This document shows positions 19,014-29,513 of a stretch of DNA of 64,000 bases, piece after piece. A program made the position numbers and the translations under genes. Positions within the stretch are counted from its first letter, which is position 1. The number at the start of each line of letters is the position of its first letter. The notes beneath the pieces were generated by a model. It was not told where the DNA came from. It was given only the letters and a program-made list of their open reading frames with translations, and made no database searches. Source of the DNA: Candidatus Saccharimonadia bacterium (GTDB lineage: Bacteria; Patescibacteriota; Saccharimonadia; CAILAD01; BJGX01); the NCBI GenBank assembly GCA_039738635.1, contig JBCLLN010000003.1, positions 259 to 64,258 on the forward strand. Direction: 5' to 3'.

Positions 19014-19928
19014 TTATAATTTTAAATGCCTAGATATCGCCAGCCAGCTAGATATTGCCCCGATTAAGATTCCCAGGCCATAAAGAGCTAGAATAATTAA
19101 CCAAAAATTATCCCCAAAATAGTTCACGGCCGTGACGGCATTGAGCTTCTCTGTTAAAAACTGAGCGGCAACTCGACTGATTGGTATCAGGGCAGCGACT
19201 GCCACGGTAGCACCAAAAACTCCATACATTGAGCCCTCAATAATAAACGGGCCCCTAATAAACCATCTTGTAGCTCCCACCAGCTTCATAATTTCAATCT
19301 CCTCTCGGCGAGTAAAGATAGCCATCCGAATGGTGTTAAATATTATCATTAAAGCAATTAGTAAAAACACCACACTCAATACGGCGCCAGCTCTAGTGAT
19401 GCCATTGCTAATCCTTATAATATTCTCTATTACACCCTTGCGGTTGTCGTCCCTGCTATCATAGCTTGTCTCGCTAATTATTTCCGACTCGGATAGGGCT
19501 CGTATCTGAGAATTGATTGCGCCAATATCGTCCAGCTTAGCTAACTTAACTTCTAGCGAAGATGGCAGTGGATTGCCTATCTCCTCGGCAGATTTAGCTA
19601 GCTTTCTGCCCTCTTCACTGCTGTTTTCAAGCTTTTTTAGGGCATCGGCCTTTGAGACATACACCACAGAGGTTACCCCCGAAAGCTGGATAACCTTGTC
19701 TTGGAGGGCTTTTATTTGATCGGCACTTGCTTCGTCTGCTATAAATATGGTCAAATCAATCTTTTGCTGAACTTCCTTGAGCTGGGTCTGAACAAAATAA
19801 ATAGAAAAAGCAAAGAATACTATAATAAGCAAGGTAACCGCCATAATAGCTGTGGCGGCACTACTCAGCCAGGCGTTCCTAAAGGTATTCCTAAACCCAG
19901 CCTTAAAAATCCTCCAAAGCGTTATCAT
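19014..19928 (-). CDS. ftsX: Cell-division ABC permease-like protein FtsX
   Basis: 304 aa with TM1, a large extracytoplasmic loop and three C-terminal TMs. Coupled to ftsE. Confidence 0.85.
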   Translation of the reverse strand: MITLWRIFKAGFRNTFRNAWLSSAATAIMAVTLLIIVFFAFSIYFVQTQLKEVQQKIDLTIFIADEASADQIKALQDKVIQLSGVTSVVYVSKADALKKLENSSEEGRKLAKSAEEIGNPLPSSLEVKLAKLDDIGAINSQIRALSESEIISETSYDSRDDNRKGVIENIIRISNGITRAGAVLSVVFLLIALMIIFNTIRMAIFTRREEIEIMKLVGATRWFIRGPFIIEGSMYGVFGATVAVAALIPISRVAAQFLTEKLNAVTAVNYFGDNFWLIILALYGLGILIGAISSWLAISRHLKL

Positions 19929-20605
19929 AGAGTGTACTTTCCTATCTTCTCGTCCTTAACTACTCGGCCACGATTAATGGTAATGACACGCTTTTTTAGG
20001 GCATCAACTATTGCTTTGTTATGAGTGGTTAGCACGACTGTAGTACCAAATTTATTAATTTTTAATAGTAGCTCTATAATATCCCAGGAATTTTTAGGGT
20101 CAAGATTGCCAGTTGGTTCATCGGCAATTAAAATCTTGGGGTTACGCACCAGCGCCCTAGCGATTGCTGTGCGCTGTTTTTCGCCACCAGAAATTTCGCC
20201 AGGATAATGATGGGCCTTCTCGCTTAGCCCAACCAGCTGGAGAATCTTGGGTACAGCTCGTTTGATTTCGCTTGTACGGACATCCGATACCTCTAGCGCG
20301 AAGGCGACATTTTCATAAACTGTTAAATTTGGAAGTAATTTAAAATCCTGAAAAACCACGCCTATCCGACGGCGTAAATGCGGGATATTGGACTTATCGA
20401 TAGTATCATAATCGATACTACCAACAATTATTTTGCCAGAAGTAGGCACTTCCTCCTTGATAAGAAGGCGGATTAAGGTGCTTTTACCAGCACCTGATGG
20501 TCCAACGATAGTGACGAATTCTTTAGGCTGAATATGCAGTGAAGCTCCTGAAAGCGCCACCGTCTTATTTGGATAGATGACGGTAACTCGGTCTAGTAAA
20601 ATCAT
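19925..20605 (-). CDS. ftsE: Cell-division ATP-binding protein FtsE
   Basis: Walker A GPSGAGKST, signature ISGGEKQR, Walker B ILIADEPT. Confidence 0.9.
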   Translation of the reverse strand: MILLDRVTVIYPNKTVALSGASLHIQPKEFVTIVGPSGAGKSTLIRLLIKEEVPTSGKIIVGSIDYDTIDKSNIPHLRRRIGVVFQDFKLLPNLTVYENVAFALEVSDVRTSEIKRAVPKILQLVGLSEKAHHYPGEISGGEKQRTAIARALVRNPKILIADEPTGNLDPKNSWDIIELLLKINKFGTTVVLTTHNKAIVDALKKRVITINRGRVVKDEKIGKYTL

Positions 20606-20644
20606 ATGATTACTATTCTAGCAAACAAAGCATCATAAATAAAG

Positions 20645-21757
20645 CTAACCATTGCCAACTTGGCTAGCTAAATAAGCTTCTATAAATGGCTCTATCTGCC
20701 CATCTAGAACTCCTTGGGTATCGCTAGTCTCGTAGCCACTGCGATGGTCTTTGACCTTTTGATAGGGGTGTAATACATACGAACGAATCTGGCTACCCCA
20801 ATCGGCCGACTTAGTGGAGCCCTTCAGCTCATTAACGCTACTGAGGTGTTGGACTCGGGCCAGCTCGGCCAGGCGACTAACTAAAATACTCATAGCTCGT
20901 TGCTTGTTTTTAAGCTGGCTACGCTCGTTTTGTATGGCTACTACTATACCCGTGGGGATGTGGGTAATGCGCACAGCACTATCGGTGGTATTAACACTCT
21001 GCCCGCCATGGCCACTACTACGGTAAGTATCTATCTTAAGGTCCTTATCGTTAATGGCTACCGCTGATAATTCTAGCTCGGGTATGACATCTACTAAAGC
21101 AAAGGAAGTTTGGCGTAAATTATCGGAGTTAAATGGACTCAAACGCACTAGCCTATGCACGCCCTTCTCAGCTCGTAACTTTCCATAGGCAAACGGCCCA
21201 CTAAAGCGGATGGTAGCACTTTTAATACCGGCCTCATCAGCTGGGCTTTGATCGTATATTTCGGCCGACAAGCCACTTATCTCGGCGTATCTTAAATACA
21301 TTCGCTCCAGCATCGCTGTCCAGTCGGCAGCGTCTGTCCCGCCCACCCCAGCCGATAACTGCATAATGGCCGGGAACTTATCGTGTTCGCCGGTAAGCTT
21401 GACGGTGAGTAAGAGCTTATGGGCTCTTAGTGCTAGCGCCTCTACTACCCGCTGATACTCCGTATGCTCCTGAGGGCTAATAACTGCTACTACCTCAATG
21501 GTGGTATTAATATCATCAAGTAATGTATCCCAGCTCTCTAAATAGGCTCGCAAGCTAGCAGACTCTTTTGAGATAGCCTCGGCATGCGCTGGATCATCCC
21601 ACAGGCTAGTGTTTGTCAGCTCCTTGTCAAACTTAGACAGCTTGAGTCTATCGTCATCAAGCCCGAGCCTAGCTATGGCGTCATTAATTTGAGATTGGAG
21701 TGTATTTAGCTGTTCTAGTAACTGTTTCATAACTTCCATTATATCCTTATATATCAA
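20645..21757 (-). CDS. prfB: Peptide chain release factor 2 (single uninterrupted frame)
   Basis: SPF tripeptide (RLSPFNS) and GGQ (SGHGGQSVNTT). No in-frame UGA or +1 frameshift site is needed. Confidence 0.9.
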   Translation of the reverse strand: MIYKDIMEVMKQLLEQLNTLQSQINDAIARLGLDDDRLKLSKFDKELTNTSLWDDPAHAEAISKESASLRAYLESWDTLLDDINTTIEVVAVISPQEHTEYQRVVEALALRAHKLLLTVKLTGEHDKFPAIMQLSAGVGGTDAADWTAMLERMYLRYAEISGLSAEIYDQSPADEAGIKSATIRFSGPFAYGKLRAEKGVHRLVRLSPFNSDNLRQTSFALVDVIPELELSAVAINDKDLKIDTYRSSGHGGQSVNTTDSAVRITHIPTGIVVAIQNERSQLKNKQRAMSILVSRLAELARVQHLSSVNELKGSTKSADWGSQIRSYVLHPYQKVKDHRSGYETSDTQGVLDGQIEPFIEAYLASQVGNG

Positions 21758-21835
21758 GATAATCTAAAGCAAGCCCAAAAAAATTACGATTTAGACCAGT
21801 CTTTTCTATATTTACCGCCGACGTCCCACCTCAAA

Positions 21836-22957
21836 TCATAGGGTGTCTATAGTAGTGGCCTTCATTGTTTTTATGAGATTATTAATTACCAATCTATTCT
21901 TGGCAATCTCATCAATTGTATTATTTTTAATATTAGCCTTAAGCTCATTAAAATTAGGGATTTTAGAAACCATATAGGCCTTTGCTGAGTCAATCCTATT
22001 GGCATCAATTAGAACGGTTAAGCCATGCAAATCCTTACTATCTAGCTGCTCTGAAATTTCTATGATTGTTTTAATTCTTACGGTATTTGCCAAATCCTGA
22101 AGCATCTTATCCTGAGCCTCTACTGGCGATTCACTAATGCTGAGCCTGCTAAGGGTTAAAGATGAATCGTTGGGTGGGCTTGGTTCTGGTGTTGAAAGCC
22201 TAGTTATAGTTCTGGTGCTCTCTAGTGCCTCGCTACTGGCTAAGATTTCATTCCCAGAGGAAGTATTAAACCAGTCGCTGAGCTCTGCTAAATGAGGGTG
22301 CTTAATTATACGTTTAGTAAGCACGGCCGTATCAAGAAGTTCCTTAATCTCTACCAAAGCCTGGCATATTTTGAGGTTTATAGCGCCTTGGTCTATGGTA
22401 TTATTTGTATTAAGTAATAGGATATGCTCGGCTAGGACCGTAGTGTATCCATGAAAGGCTTCTTGTAGCTGGCTTTGGGCTTGGTCATATTGTTGGTTAC
22501 TGCTACCTGCCTGGCTATGCTCTATTTCTGCCCGAGCACTGGCATATATCATTATTGAGCTCTCTAGCAGCGACTGAGCGCTATTAAGCTTATCAGCTGA
22601 CACTTCAGCTTCACCCTCAGCTAGAATATTGGGCACGTTAACCATAATAGAGCCACCATCGTTCTGCCCAACCGGCCTAATGCCTATTCCAAATTCATCT
22701 GGACCAGGGTCAGTATCAGAATTAGTGACAGGTGGTCCAGACTCGTGTCCTAATGGGCTACTGGGTAATGGATGTGTGTGTGACGGCAGTGGCGGAGGCT
22801 CGGGATGTCCATCGTAGAATGGTAGTCCTGAGTTACGCTTAATATCAAAAGTTCTTGGTGCTGGTTTTTTTGGCCGACCTGGACCAGTACTCACTATAGG
22901 TCTTCCTGGTACAATATCGCTATCAATGCCAGCTGGTGGCTTGCCGTTTATATTCAT
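21836..22957 (-). CDS. Hypothetical orphan protein, proline-rich disordered N-terminus + helical C-terminal region
   Basis: 373 aa with no signal peptide. The N-terminal 110 aa are rich in P/G (PEPPPLPSHTHPLPSSP). No recognisable domain. Confidence 0.5.
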   Translation of the reverse strand: MNINGKPPAGIDSDIVPGRPIVSTGPGRPKKPAPRTFDIKRNSGLPFYDGHPEPPPLPSHTHPLPSSPLGHESGPPVTNSDTDPGPDEFGIGIRPVGQNDGGSIMVNVPNILAEGEAEVSADKLNSAQSLLESSIMIYASARAEIEHSQAGSSNQQYDQAQSQLQEAFHGYTTVLAEHILLLNTNNTIDQGAINLKICQALVEIKELLDTAVLTKRIIKHPHLAELSDWFNTSSGNEILASSEALESTRTITRLSTPEPSPPNDSSLTLSRLSISESPVEAQDKMLQDLANTVRIKTIIEISEQLDSKDLHGLTVLIDANRIDSAKAYMVSKIPNFNELKANIKNNTIDEIAKNRLVINNLIKTMKATTIDTL

Positions 22958-23022
22958 ATATTCTCTCTATTAAAGCTTATGTTACATTACTAACAGCCAG
23001 ATTGTCAAAACCAGTACAAATT

Positions 23023-25617
23023 CTAACGGCGCTTTTTCTTTTTTTTCTTAGATTTCCTACGGATCGGCTTAAGCTCTGGCGTGGATACAAGGCGTTTGGG
23101 TCTTATTTTGACATCACTGGAGCTAGCTTGCTTTTTAGTAGCCCGCTCCATACTAGCATTTGCTAATTGGGCACCTGCCGTTATGGCTGTCTGAGTGGGC
23201 TGGACTTCACTAGGTTGCTGAGCAATATCTATCCTAGGAATTGTTGTTACTACTTCCGCCCTAATAGAGGATTGAAGCCTATTAAATAGGCCGTACGCCT
23301 CAGCCTTATACTCCACCAATGGATCGCGTTGGCCATAACCTCGCAATCCAATACCTTCGCGCAAATGATCCATAGTCTCTAAGTGTGCTAACCAGGCGCT
23401 ATCAATTGTTTTAAGGCATACTAGCCTAAAAATGACATTAAGCACATCCTCGCCGATGGTCTTTTGGCGAGCATCTAGGGCCTGATTGGTGCGGTCTACT
23501 AGCTCGGCAACGATTAGCTCTGGCACTTTGGTGCTAATATCGCTCGCCCAGTTGGCTGGCAAAAATACCATATTAGCTACTACTTTTTGAAGCTCCTCTA
23601 GGTTGACCACGCCAGTCTTGGCGTCTGTGTGGGCTCCAACAATTCCCCCAAATTCTTGCTTATACATACCCATAACTTCTTCCCTTAAGCCCTTGCCCTC
23701 TAAATACTTTCGGCGGCTAGCATATATAATTTCACGCTGGGAGTTCATAACATCGTCATACTCTACCAAATGCTTGCGCATATCAAAGTTATGCCCCTCT
23801 ACCCGCTTTTGGGCGGCCTCCAGCGAGCGTGATATGACTTTATTCTCGATAGGCATATCGTCGGGCAATTTAAGTGAGTTCATTAGCGTGCCAATTTTAT
23901 CTCCCCCAAAAATACGCATTAAATCATCTTCAACGCTTACAAAAAACTGGCTAGTTCCAGGGTCGCCTTGACGCCCCGCTCGGCCTCTAAACTGGTTATC
24001 AATTCGCCTAGATTCGTGCCTCTCAGTGCCTAGTACATGCAACCCTCCCTGCTCTGTAACGCCATCTCCGAGTACGATGTCGGTACCACGCCCAGCGATA
24101 TTAGTGGCTAGAGTTACAGCCCCTTTTTGCCCAGCGAGTGCTACTATCTCTGCCTCGCGTTCGTTGTTTTTGGCATTTAATAGCTCGTGAGTGATGCCGG
24201 CCTTATCAAGTAGGCTACTCATCGCCTCATTCTTTTCAATACTGGAAGTGCCTAGTAACACTGGCTGGCCCTTGCTTGTTCTATCCCTTACTTCCTCTAC
24301 AACGGCATTAAACTTAGCAATTTCGGACTTATATATTCTGTCTTTTAGGTCTTTCCTAATCATCGGCATGTGAGTTGGAATACGAGTTACCTCAAGCTTG
24401 TAGATTTTAGAGAATTCCTCAGCTTCGGTTTGGGCTGTGCCAGTCATACCCGATAACCTGCCGTATAGCCTAAAATAATTCTGGAAGGTAATAGTCGCTA
24501 GAGTCTGAGACTCCTGCTGAACAGTTAGCCCCTCCTTAGCCTCAATTGCTTGATGCAGGCCTTCGGAGTAACGACGGCCAGCCAAGAGCCTACCGGTAAA
24601 TTCATCGACAATTATTATCTCGTCATCACTTACGACATAGTCCTTATCGCGAACAAATAACGCCTCAGCCTTCAGGCTTTGCTCAATATGATGGACATCT
24701 TCTATCTGCTCTGAAGCATAGACATTCTCTACGCCTAGCTCTGCTTCAATACTAGCGATACCTTTTGGGTTCAGGCTAACTGCTTTTTGCTTCTCGTCGA
24801 CACTATAATGCTCATCTCGTTTGAGCTTGCGAGCCAGAACTGCAAACAATTGGTAGCGATCGGTGCTCTTACCAGCTGGCTGAGAAATAATAAGTGGCGT
24901 TCGTGCTTCGTCAATGAGAATTGAATCTACCTCATCTACGATGGCATAATGCAGGCTGCGTTGAGAACATTCCGAAAGGTCCGAGACCATATTATCGCGC
25001 AAATAATCAAAGCCATACTCGTTATTAGTACCATAGGTGATATCGGCTCGGTAGGCCTCTTGCTTGGTGACTGGACGAAGGTGCTTGAGCCTCTCGTCGT
25101 GGTGAGATTCATCTATAAACTCTGGGTCAAACATAAATGATCCCTGAGGTAAAATTACACCTGCAGATACCCCCAAATAGTGATATATGGGGCCCATCCA
25201 GCCTAGCCCAATACGGGCCAAATAATCATTAACCGTTACAAGATGCGCACCCTTGCCCTCTAGGGCATACAAATAAAGAGGTAGGGTAGCTACTAATGTT
25301 TTGCCCTCACCGGTGCGCATTTCGGCTATTTTGCCCTCTTGAAGTATAATCCCGCCTATCAGTTGCTCGTCAAAATGCCTCAAGCCAAGCGTTCGTTTTG
25401 ATACTTCCCGAACCACCGCAAAGGCTTCTACTAGGATTGAGTCCAAACTAGCGCCCTTTTCTAGCTTGCCCTTAAACTCTTGGGTCTTTTTAGCTAGCTG
25501 ACTATCGGAGAGCTTTTTAAGCTCTGGCTCAAAGGCATTAATACTCTCCACGATAATGCGGTCTTTTTTGATTTCACGCTCATTTGAATCGCCAAATATT
25601 TTAGTGAGTATAGACAT
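23023..25617 (-). CDS. secA: Preprotein translocase ATPase SecA
   Basis: 864 aa. MRTGEGKTLVATLP Walker A and a DEVDSILIDEARTPLII block. Ends in a poly-Lys tail instead of a Zn-finger. Confidence 0.95.
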   Translation of the reverse strand: MSILTKIFGDSNEREIKKDRIIVESINAFEPELKKLSDSQLAKKTQEFKGKLEKGASLDSILVEAFAVVREVSKRTLGLRHFDEQLIGGIILQEGKIAEMRTGEGKTLVATLPLYLYALEGKGAHLVTVNDYLARIGLGWMGPIYHYLGVSAGVILPQGSFMFDPEFIDESHHDERLKHLRPVTKQEAYRADITYGTNNEYGFDYLRDNMVSDLSECSQRSLHYAIVDEVDSILIDEARTPLIISQPAGKSTDRYQLFAVLARKLKRDEHYSVDEKQKAVSLNPKGIASIEAELGVENVYASEQIEDVHHIEQSLKAEALFVRDKDYVVSDDEIIIVDEFTGRLLAGRRYSEGLHQAIEAKEGLTVQQESQTLATITFQNYFRLYGRLSGMTGTAQTEAEEFSKIYKLEVTRIPTHMPMIRKDLKDRIYKSEIAKFNAVVEEVRDRTSKGQPVLLGTSSIEKNEAMSSLLDKAGITHELLNAKNNEREAEIVALAGQKGAVTLATNIAGRGTDIVLGDGVTEQGGLHVLGTERHESRRIDNQFRGRAGRQGDPGTSQFFVSVEDDLMRIFGGDKIGTLMNSLKLPDDMPIENKVISRSLEAAQKRVEGHNFDMRKHLVEYDDVMNSQREIIYASRRKYLEGKGLREEVMGMYKQEFGGIVGAHTDAKTGVVNLEELQKVVANMVFLPANWASDISTKVPELIVAELVDRTNQALDARQKTIGEDVLNVIFRLVCLKTIDSAWLAHLETMDHLREGIGLRGYGQRDPLVEYKAEAYGLFNRLQSSIRAEVVTTIPRIDIAQQPSEVQPTQTAITAGAQLANASMERATKKQASSSDVKIRPKRLVSTPELKPIRRKSKKKKKKRR

Positions 25618-25644
25618 GCTAGCTATTATACAGGAGTGCTGGGA

Positions 25645-26001
25645 TTAGTGCGATTTGATTTTATCAAATAGATTTTTAATACTAACTCGCCTAGGCATGC
25701 GCTTTTCCTTATATTTTCTAATTTGAATTTTGAGCTTTTGCTCTACTATATCTACTGCCGAATGAGGATTGATGGTGGCTGTCTCAGCTACTAAATCGGG
25801 TCCCTGCACTTTTAGGATTGCTATTATCTTATAGTTATTACCTTCCTTGCCAGATGGGTCTTTGAATATTTCTACACTCATTGTTTTCATGCGATTAGCA
25901 CGAGGCAGATACTTATCAAGGTTACCAAGTTTCCTTTCAACATATTTGTGCATTTCTTGGTCAATCTCAAAATTACGACCGGTAAATTGAATTTGTATCA
26001 T
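25645..26001 (-). CDS. hpf: Ribosome hibernation promoting factor (S30AE/RaiA family, short form)
   Basis: 118 aa. MIQIQFTGRNFEIDQEMHKYVERKL is a typical N-terminus. Confidence 0.8.
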   Translation of the reverse strand: MIQIQFTGRNFEIDQEMHKYVERKLGNLDKYLPRANRMKTMSVEIFKDPSGKEGNNYKIIAILKVQGPDLVAETATINPHSAVDIVEQKLKIQIRKYKEKRMPRRVSIKNLFDKIKSH

Positions 26002-26031
26002 GCTAATCTCCTTAGGTTATTGTAATATATT

Positions 26032-27255
26032 TTAAAGCTCACTTTTGCCATAGTATTTGGCTATGGCGTCAGGCAAATGTACTATGCCATCCGCGCTCTG
26101 GTGATTCTCTAAAATCGCTATTGGCATACGGCTCGATACTACTGCCGTGCCATTGAGGGTGTGGGCGTATTGGGCCCTGCCAGCCTTGGGCTGGTATTTA
26201 ATATTTAAGTTCCGAGATTGGTAGTCGCTGCAGTTACTACAGCTAGTAAGCTCTCGGTAGCATTTATCAATAGGAGAGTAATACTCCACATCGTATTTCT
26301 GGTAGGCGGGGGCGCTTAGGTCACCACTGGCAATCCGAACTACCCGATAGGGCACCACGAACGCTTGGCAGATGCTTTTTTGGATATTTAAGATTTCCTG
26401 CAAAACATCATCACTTTGCTCGGCCTTACAATAGACATACATCTCCAGCTTATCAAATTGATGGGTGCGATAGAGCCCCTTACTAAACTTTCCATAGGCA
26501 CCGGCCTCGAGCCGGTACGAAGGGCTTATGCCAGCGTATTTAATAGGCGCATCAAGTGTGAGCACTTCGTCCATATGAAGCCCCGTAAGTGGTATCTCTG
26601 AGGTAGCAATCATTACTAGGTCTTGGCTGGAATCAATGTAATTTTGGTTTTCCTCCCCTTTTGGAAAGAATCCTGTCCCCTCTGCAACCTTGGATGACAC
26701 CAAATGTGGCACCCCAATTAATTGGAACCCAGCCTCCTCCACTATTTCTTGTGTGGCCATTTGAATAGCCTGCCAAAGCTTAACGGCCTTATGCTTGGTA
26801 AAGTAAAATTTATTGCCAGACACTTTTGAGCCAGCCTTAAAATCATATAAATCATAAAGCTCACTTAGCTCAAGATGATCCTTAGGGTTAAAGTCCAGCT
26901 GGGTGTCGCCCCACCGCTCTATTTCTTGGTTATTTTCTTCGCCACCATCTGGAGTACCGACAGAGATAATGTTGGGGATTTGAGTAAATAATTCATTATA
27001 CTCACTAGTAAGCTTTTCTAACTCACTATGAGCCTGCTCAAAACGTTTTTTTGTTTCTTGAAGATTTGTCAGCTCATCTGCTGTCGGTTTGCCGTCAATT
27101 TTCAGCGTTGAACGCAAGCTTTCAGTTTGTTGTATTAGTGCGACGCGTTTTTGATCAAGCCCAAGTACTTTATCTACATCAATAACTAGCCCACGTCTTT
27201 TAATGCTGTCACGGACAACATCTGGGTTTTCACGAAGTAATTTTATATCTATCAT
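26032..27255 (-). CDS. serS: Seryl-tRNA synthetase
   Basis: MIDIKLLRENPD N-terminus, a coiled-coil arm and a class II core (ATSEIPL, RTHQFDKLEMY, LNGTAV). Confidence 0.9.
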   Translation of the reverse strand: MIDIKLLRENPDVVRDSIKRRGLVIDVDKVLGLDQKRVALIQQTESLRSTLKIDGKPTADELTNLQETKKRFEQAHSELEKLTSEYNELFTQIPNIISVGTPDGGEENNQEIERWGDTQLDFNPKDHLELSELYDLYDFKAGSKVSGNKFYFTKHKAVKLWQAIQMATQEIVEEAGFQLIGVPHLVSSKVAEGTGFFPKGEENQNYIDSSQDLVMIATSEIPLTGLHMDEVLTLDAPIKYAGISPSYRLEAGAYGKFSKGLYRTHQFDKLEMYVYCKAEQSDDVLQEILNIQKSICQAFVVPYRVVRIASGDLSAPAYQKYDVEYYSPIDKCYRELTSCSNCSDYQSRNLNIKYQPKAGRAQYAHTLNGTAVVSSRMPIAILENHQSADGIVHLPDAIAKYYGKSEL

Positions 27256-28775
27256 TTGACAGATTTGTCCACTTCAAACTCTTTGCCGTCGATTACCTCT
27301 GGTCGCAGAGTTGGAAACATAATAACGTCTTTAATGGCTGGCTGGTCGCACAAAAATGACACGAAACGATCAATACCCATTCCCCAGCCGGCTGTAGGTG
27401 GCATGCCGATCTCGAGCGCGCGAATGTAATCATAGTCCACTGGGTGTGCCTCGGCCGACTCGCCTTTGTCCAAAACCGCCTGCTCATCTTGCATCCTCTG
27501 GAGCTGGTCTATCGGGTCATTTAGCTCATTATAGGCTTTAATAAGCTCAAAACCCATACAAACTAGTTGCATACTAGCAATATATTTAGGATTGTCGGCT
27601 TTGCGCTTGGCCAGCGGAATCATCTCGGCCGGATAATCGAGTAAGAAGATTGGTTTTTTTATGCTACCTCGAACAGTCTCCTTATAGAATTCATCCAGCA
27701 AATCCTTGAGTGGCGGGTTGCTCTTAAGATCAATTTTGAGTTTTCTATTCTTAATTTCAGTAATCAGTTCATCTTTGGTTACACTATCAATATCCACGCC
27801 AGTTTCCTGCTTAATAATATCGCGAAATGTAATACGTTCGTAAGGAGTATTAAAATCAACCTCTTCTCCTTGATAGTTAATTTTTAGTTGCCCGTGTGTG
27901 GCCATTAGTGCTTCTGTAAACATAGCTTCTGTTAGCGTCATCAAATCTTCGTAGTTGGCATAGGCCCAGTAGAATTCGAGCATAGTAAATTCTGGGTTGT
28001 GGCTTCTATCAATGCCTTCGTTGCGAAAATCTCTCGAAAATTCAAAAACTTTTTCAAAGCCAGCCACTACAGCTCGCTTTAAATACAGCTCATTGGAGAT
28101 TCGCAAATACAAATCACTCTCTAGTTTGTGGTGATAAGTAGTAAAGGGCCGAGCACTCGCCCCACCATAGAGAGGCTGTAGCACTGGTGTCTCTAGCTCT
28201 ATAAAACCGTCTCGAATTAAAAATTGGCGAATGGTCTCGGTCACTTTACTGCGCAACTCAATGTGTTGCTTAACTTCTGGGTTGAGATGCAGATCAATAT
28301 AGCGCTGTCGATACCGCGTCTCAATATCGCTAAAGCCTTGATGAATATCTGGCAAATCACGCAGGCTCTTCGTTAGTAAGCTAAGAGATTTGGTAAATAT
28401 ACTGGTCTCACCGCGCTGGGTCTTGCCTAGCTCGCCATTAACTTGAACAAAATCACCACTATCAAGCAAGCGCAACTGCTTAAAGTCTAGCTGATTTTCT
28501 TTGCTATCAGCGCTAAAGTCTTTTTTGTTGATTACAGCCTGTATCTTGCCCGATTCGTCAGTTACATCAATAAAGCATACTCCGCCCATTAGACGAATAC
28601 TGGTAATGCGTCCAACTGCAGAAACATTGGATTTTTCGCGTTGATTGAATTCTGTTTCTAAAACAGCGTTCATTACAGTGCGCTCACCGGCTTGTGGGTA
28701 CGGATCAATCCCGGCCTTCTTAAGCTCAGCTAGTTTGCGTAGTCTCTCGTTGCGTACTTCTTTTAGGTTTGCCAT
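27252..28775 (-). CDS. lysS: Lysyl-tRNA synthetase, class II
   Basis: OB-fold N-domain. Class II motifs FRNEGIDRSHNPEFT and GMGIDR. Confidence 0.9.
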   Translation of the reverse strand: MANLKEVRNERLRKLAELKKAGIDPYPQAGERTVMNAVLETEFNQREKSNVSAVGRITSIRLMGGVCFIDVTDESGKIQAVINKKDFSADSKENQLDFKQLRLLDSGDFVQVNGELGKTQRGETSIFTKSLSLLTKSLRDLPDIHQGFSDIETRYRQRYIDLHLNPEVKQHIELRSKVTETIRQFLIRDGFIELETPVLQPLYGGASARPFTTYHHKLESDLYLRISNELYLKRAVVAGFEKVFEFSRDFRNEGIDRSHNPEFTMLEFYWAYANYEDLMTLTEAMFTEALMATHGQLKINYQGEEVDFNTPYERITFRDIIKQETGVDIDSVTKDELITEIKNRKLKIDLKSNPPLKDLLDEFYKETVRGSIKKPIFLLDYPAEMIPLAKRKADNPKYIASMQLVCMGFELIKAYNELNDPIDQLQRMQDEQAVLDKGESAEAHPVDYDYIRALEIGMPPTAGWGMGIDRFVSFLCDQPAIKDVIMFPTLRPEVIDGKEFEVDKSVK

Positions 28776-28892
28776 TTATTTTTTACATTCCCTTAACCCG
28801 TATTCTAGCATATCCAGATGTCTATAGCTATCCTATCGTAGAGCGAGATGCGTAGCTTCTAACTAAGCGAATCACCTTAAAAATTTCAAAGG

Positions 28893-29357
28893 CTATTTAA
28901 TATCAAGAATTCTATAAGTAATAGATCCGGCAGGTATTTCTACCTCGGCCTGTTCGCCAACTTTCTTACCCATTAAGGCCATGCCTATCGGCGATTTATC
29001 AGATATCTTGCCCTTATCAGGATTGGCTTCGGTCGAGCCGACAATCTGGAAGGTGTGATTTGCGTCCTCTAGCTGAACCTCTACTGTAGAGCCAACTCCA
29101 ACTACTCCACCAGTTGTCTTCTCTATAACCTTGGAGTGTTTTAGGATATGATTAAGCTCAGAGATGCGTCCCTCAATAAAGAGTTGCCTGGCCTTGGCAT
29201 CATCCCAGTCGGTATTCTCGCTTAAATCTCCAAATTCCTTAGCGGTCTTAAGAGCTTCGGCCACTTGTTTTCGTTTATTGCCCTTAAGGTCAATAAGCTC
29301 GGCTTGAAGTTCTGCAAGACCATCCTTGGTTAAGTAAAAATTATTTTGAGTTGTCAT
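28893..29357 (-). CDS. greA: Transcription elongation factor GreA
   Basis: 154 aa. LT..G...L..EL, a coiled-coil N-domain with DLSEN, and a C-terminal FKBP-like domain. Confidence 0.9.
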   Translation of the reverse strand: MTTQNNFYLTKDGLAELQAELIDLKGNKRKQVAEALKTAKEFGDLSENTDWDDAKARQLFIEGRISELNHILKHSKVIEKTTGGVVGVGSTVEVQLEDANHTFQIVGSTEANPDKGKISDKSPIGMALMGKKVGEQAEVEIPAGSITYRILDIK

Positions 29358-29513
29358 TTTTTATACTAATACCTTTCATATACCATCTAAAAAATAAAAA
29401 AACGCTTTCTTACAGCGAAATTATATTCAATTAAATTTGTAAAAAACTTAAATTCGTTTCTTTTATTCTCGCAAATATTTAGCATGTTGTCAAGCTAAAA
29501 ATAATAATTATTG

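Noticed and set aside
20645-21757. Looked for the programmed +1 frameshift (in-frame UGA near codon 25) typical of prfB, and for signs of stop-codon reassignment.
   Set aside because: RF2 is encoded in one uninterrupted 370-aa frame. RF1 and RF2 are both present, and TGA, TAA and TAG all terminate good genes here. This indicates the standard code with no frameshift.
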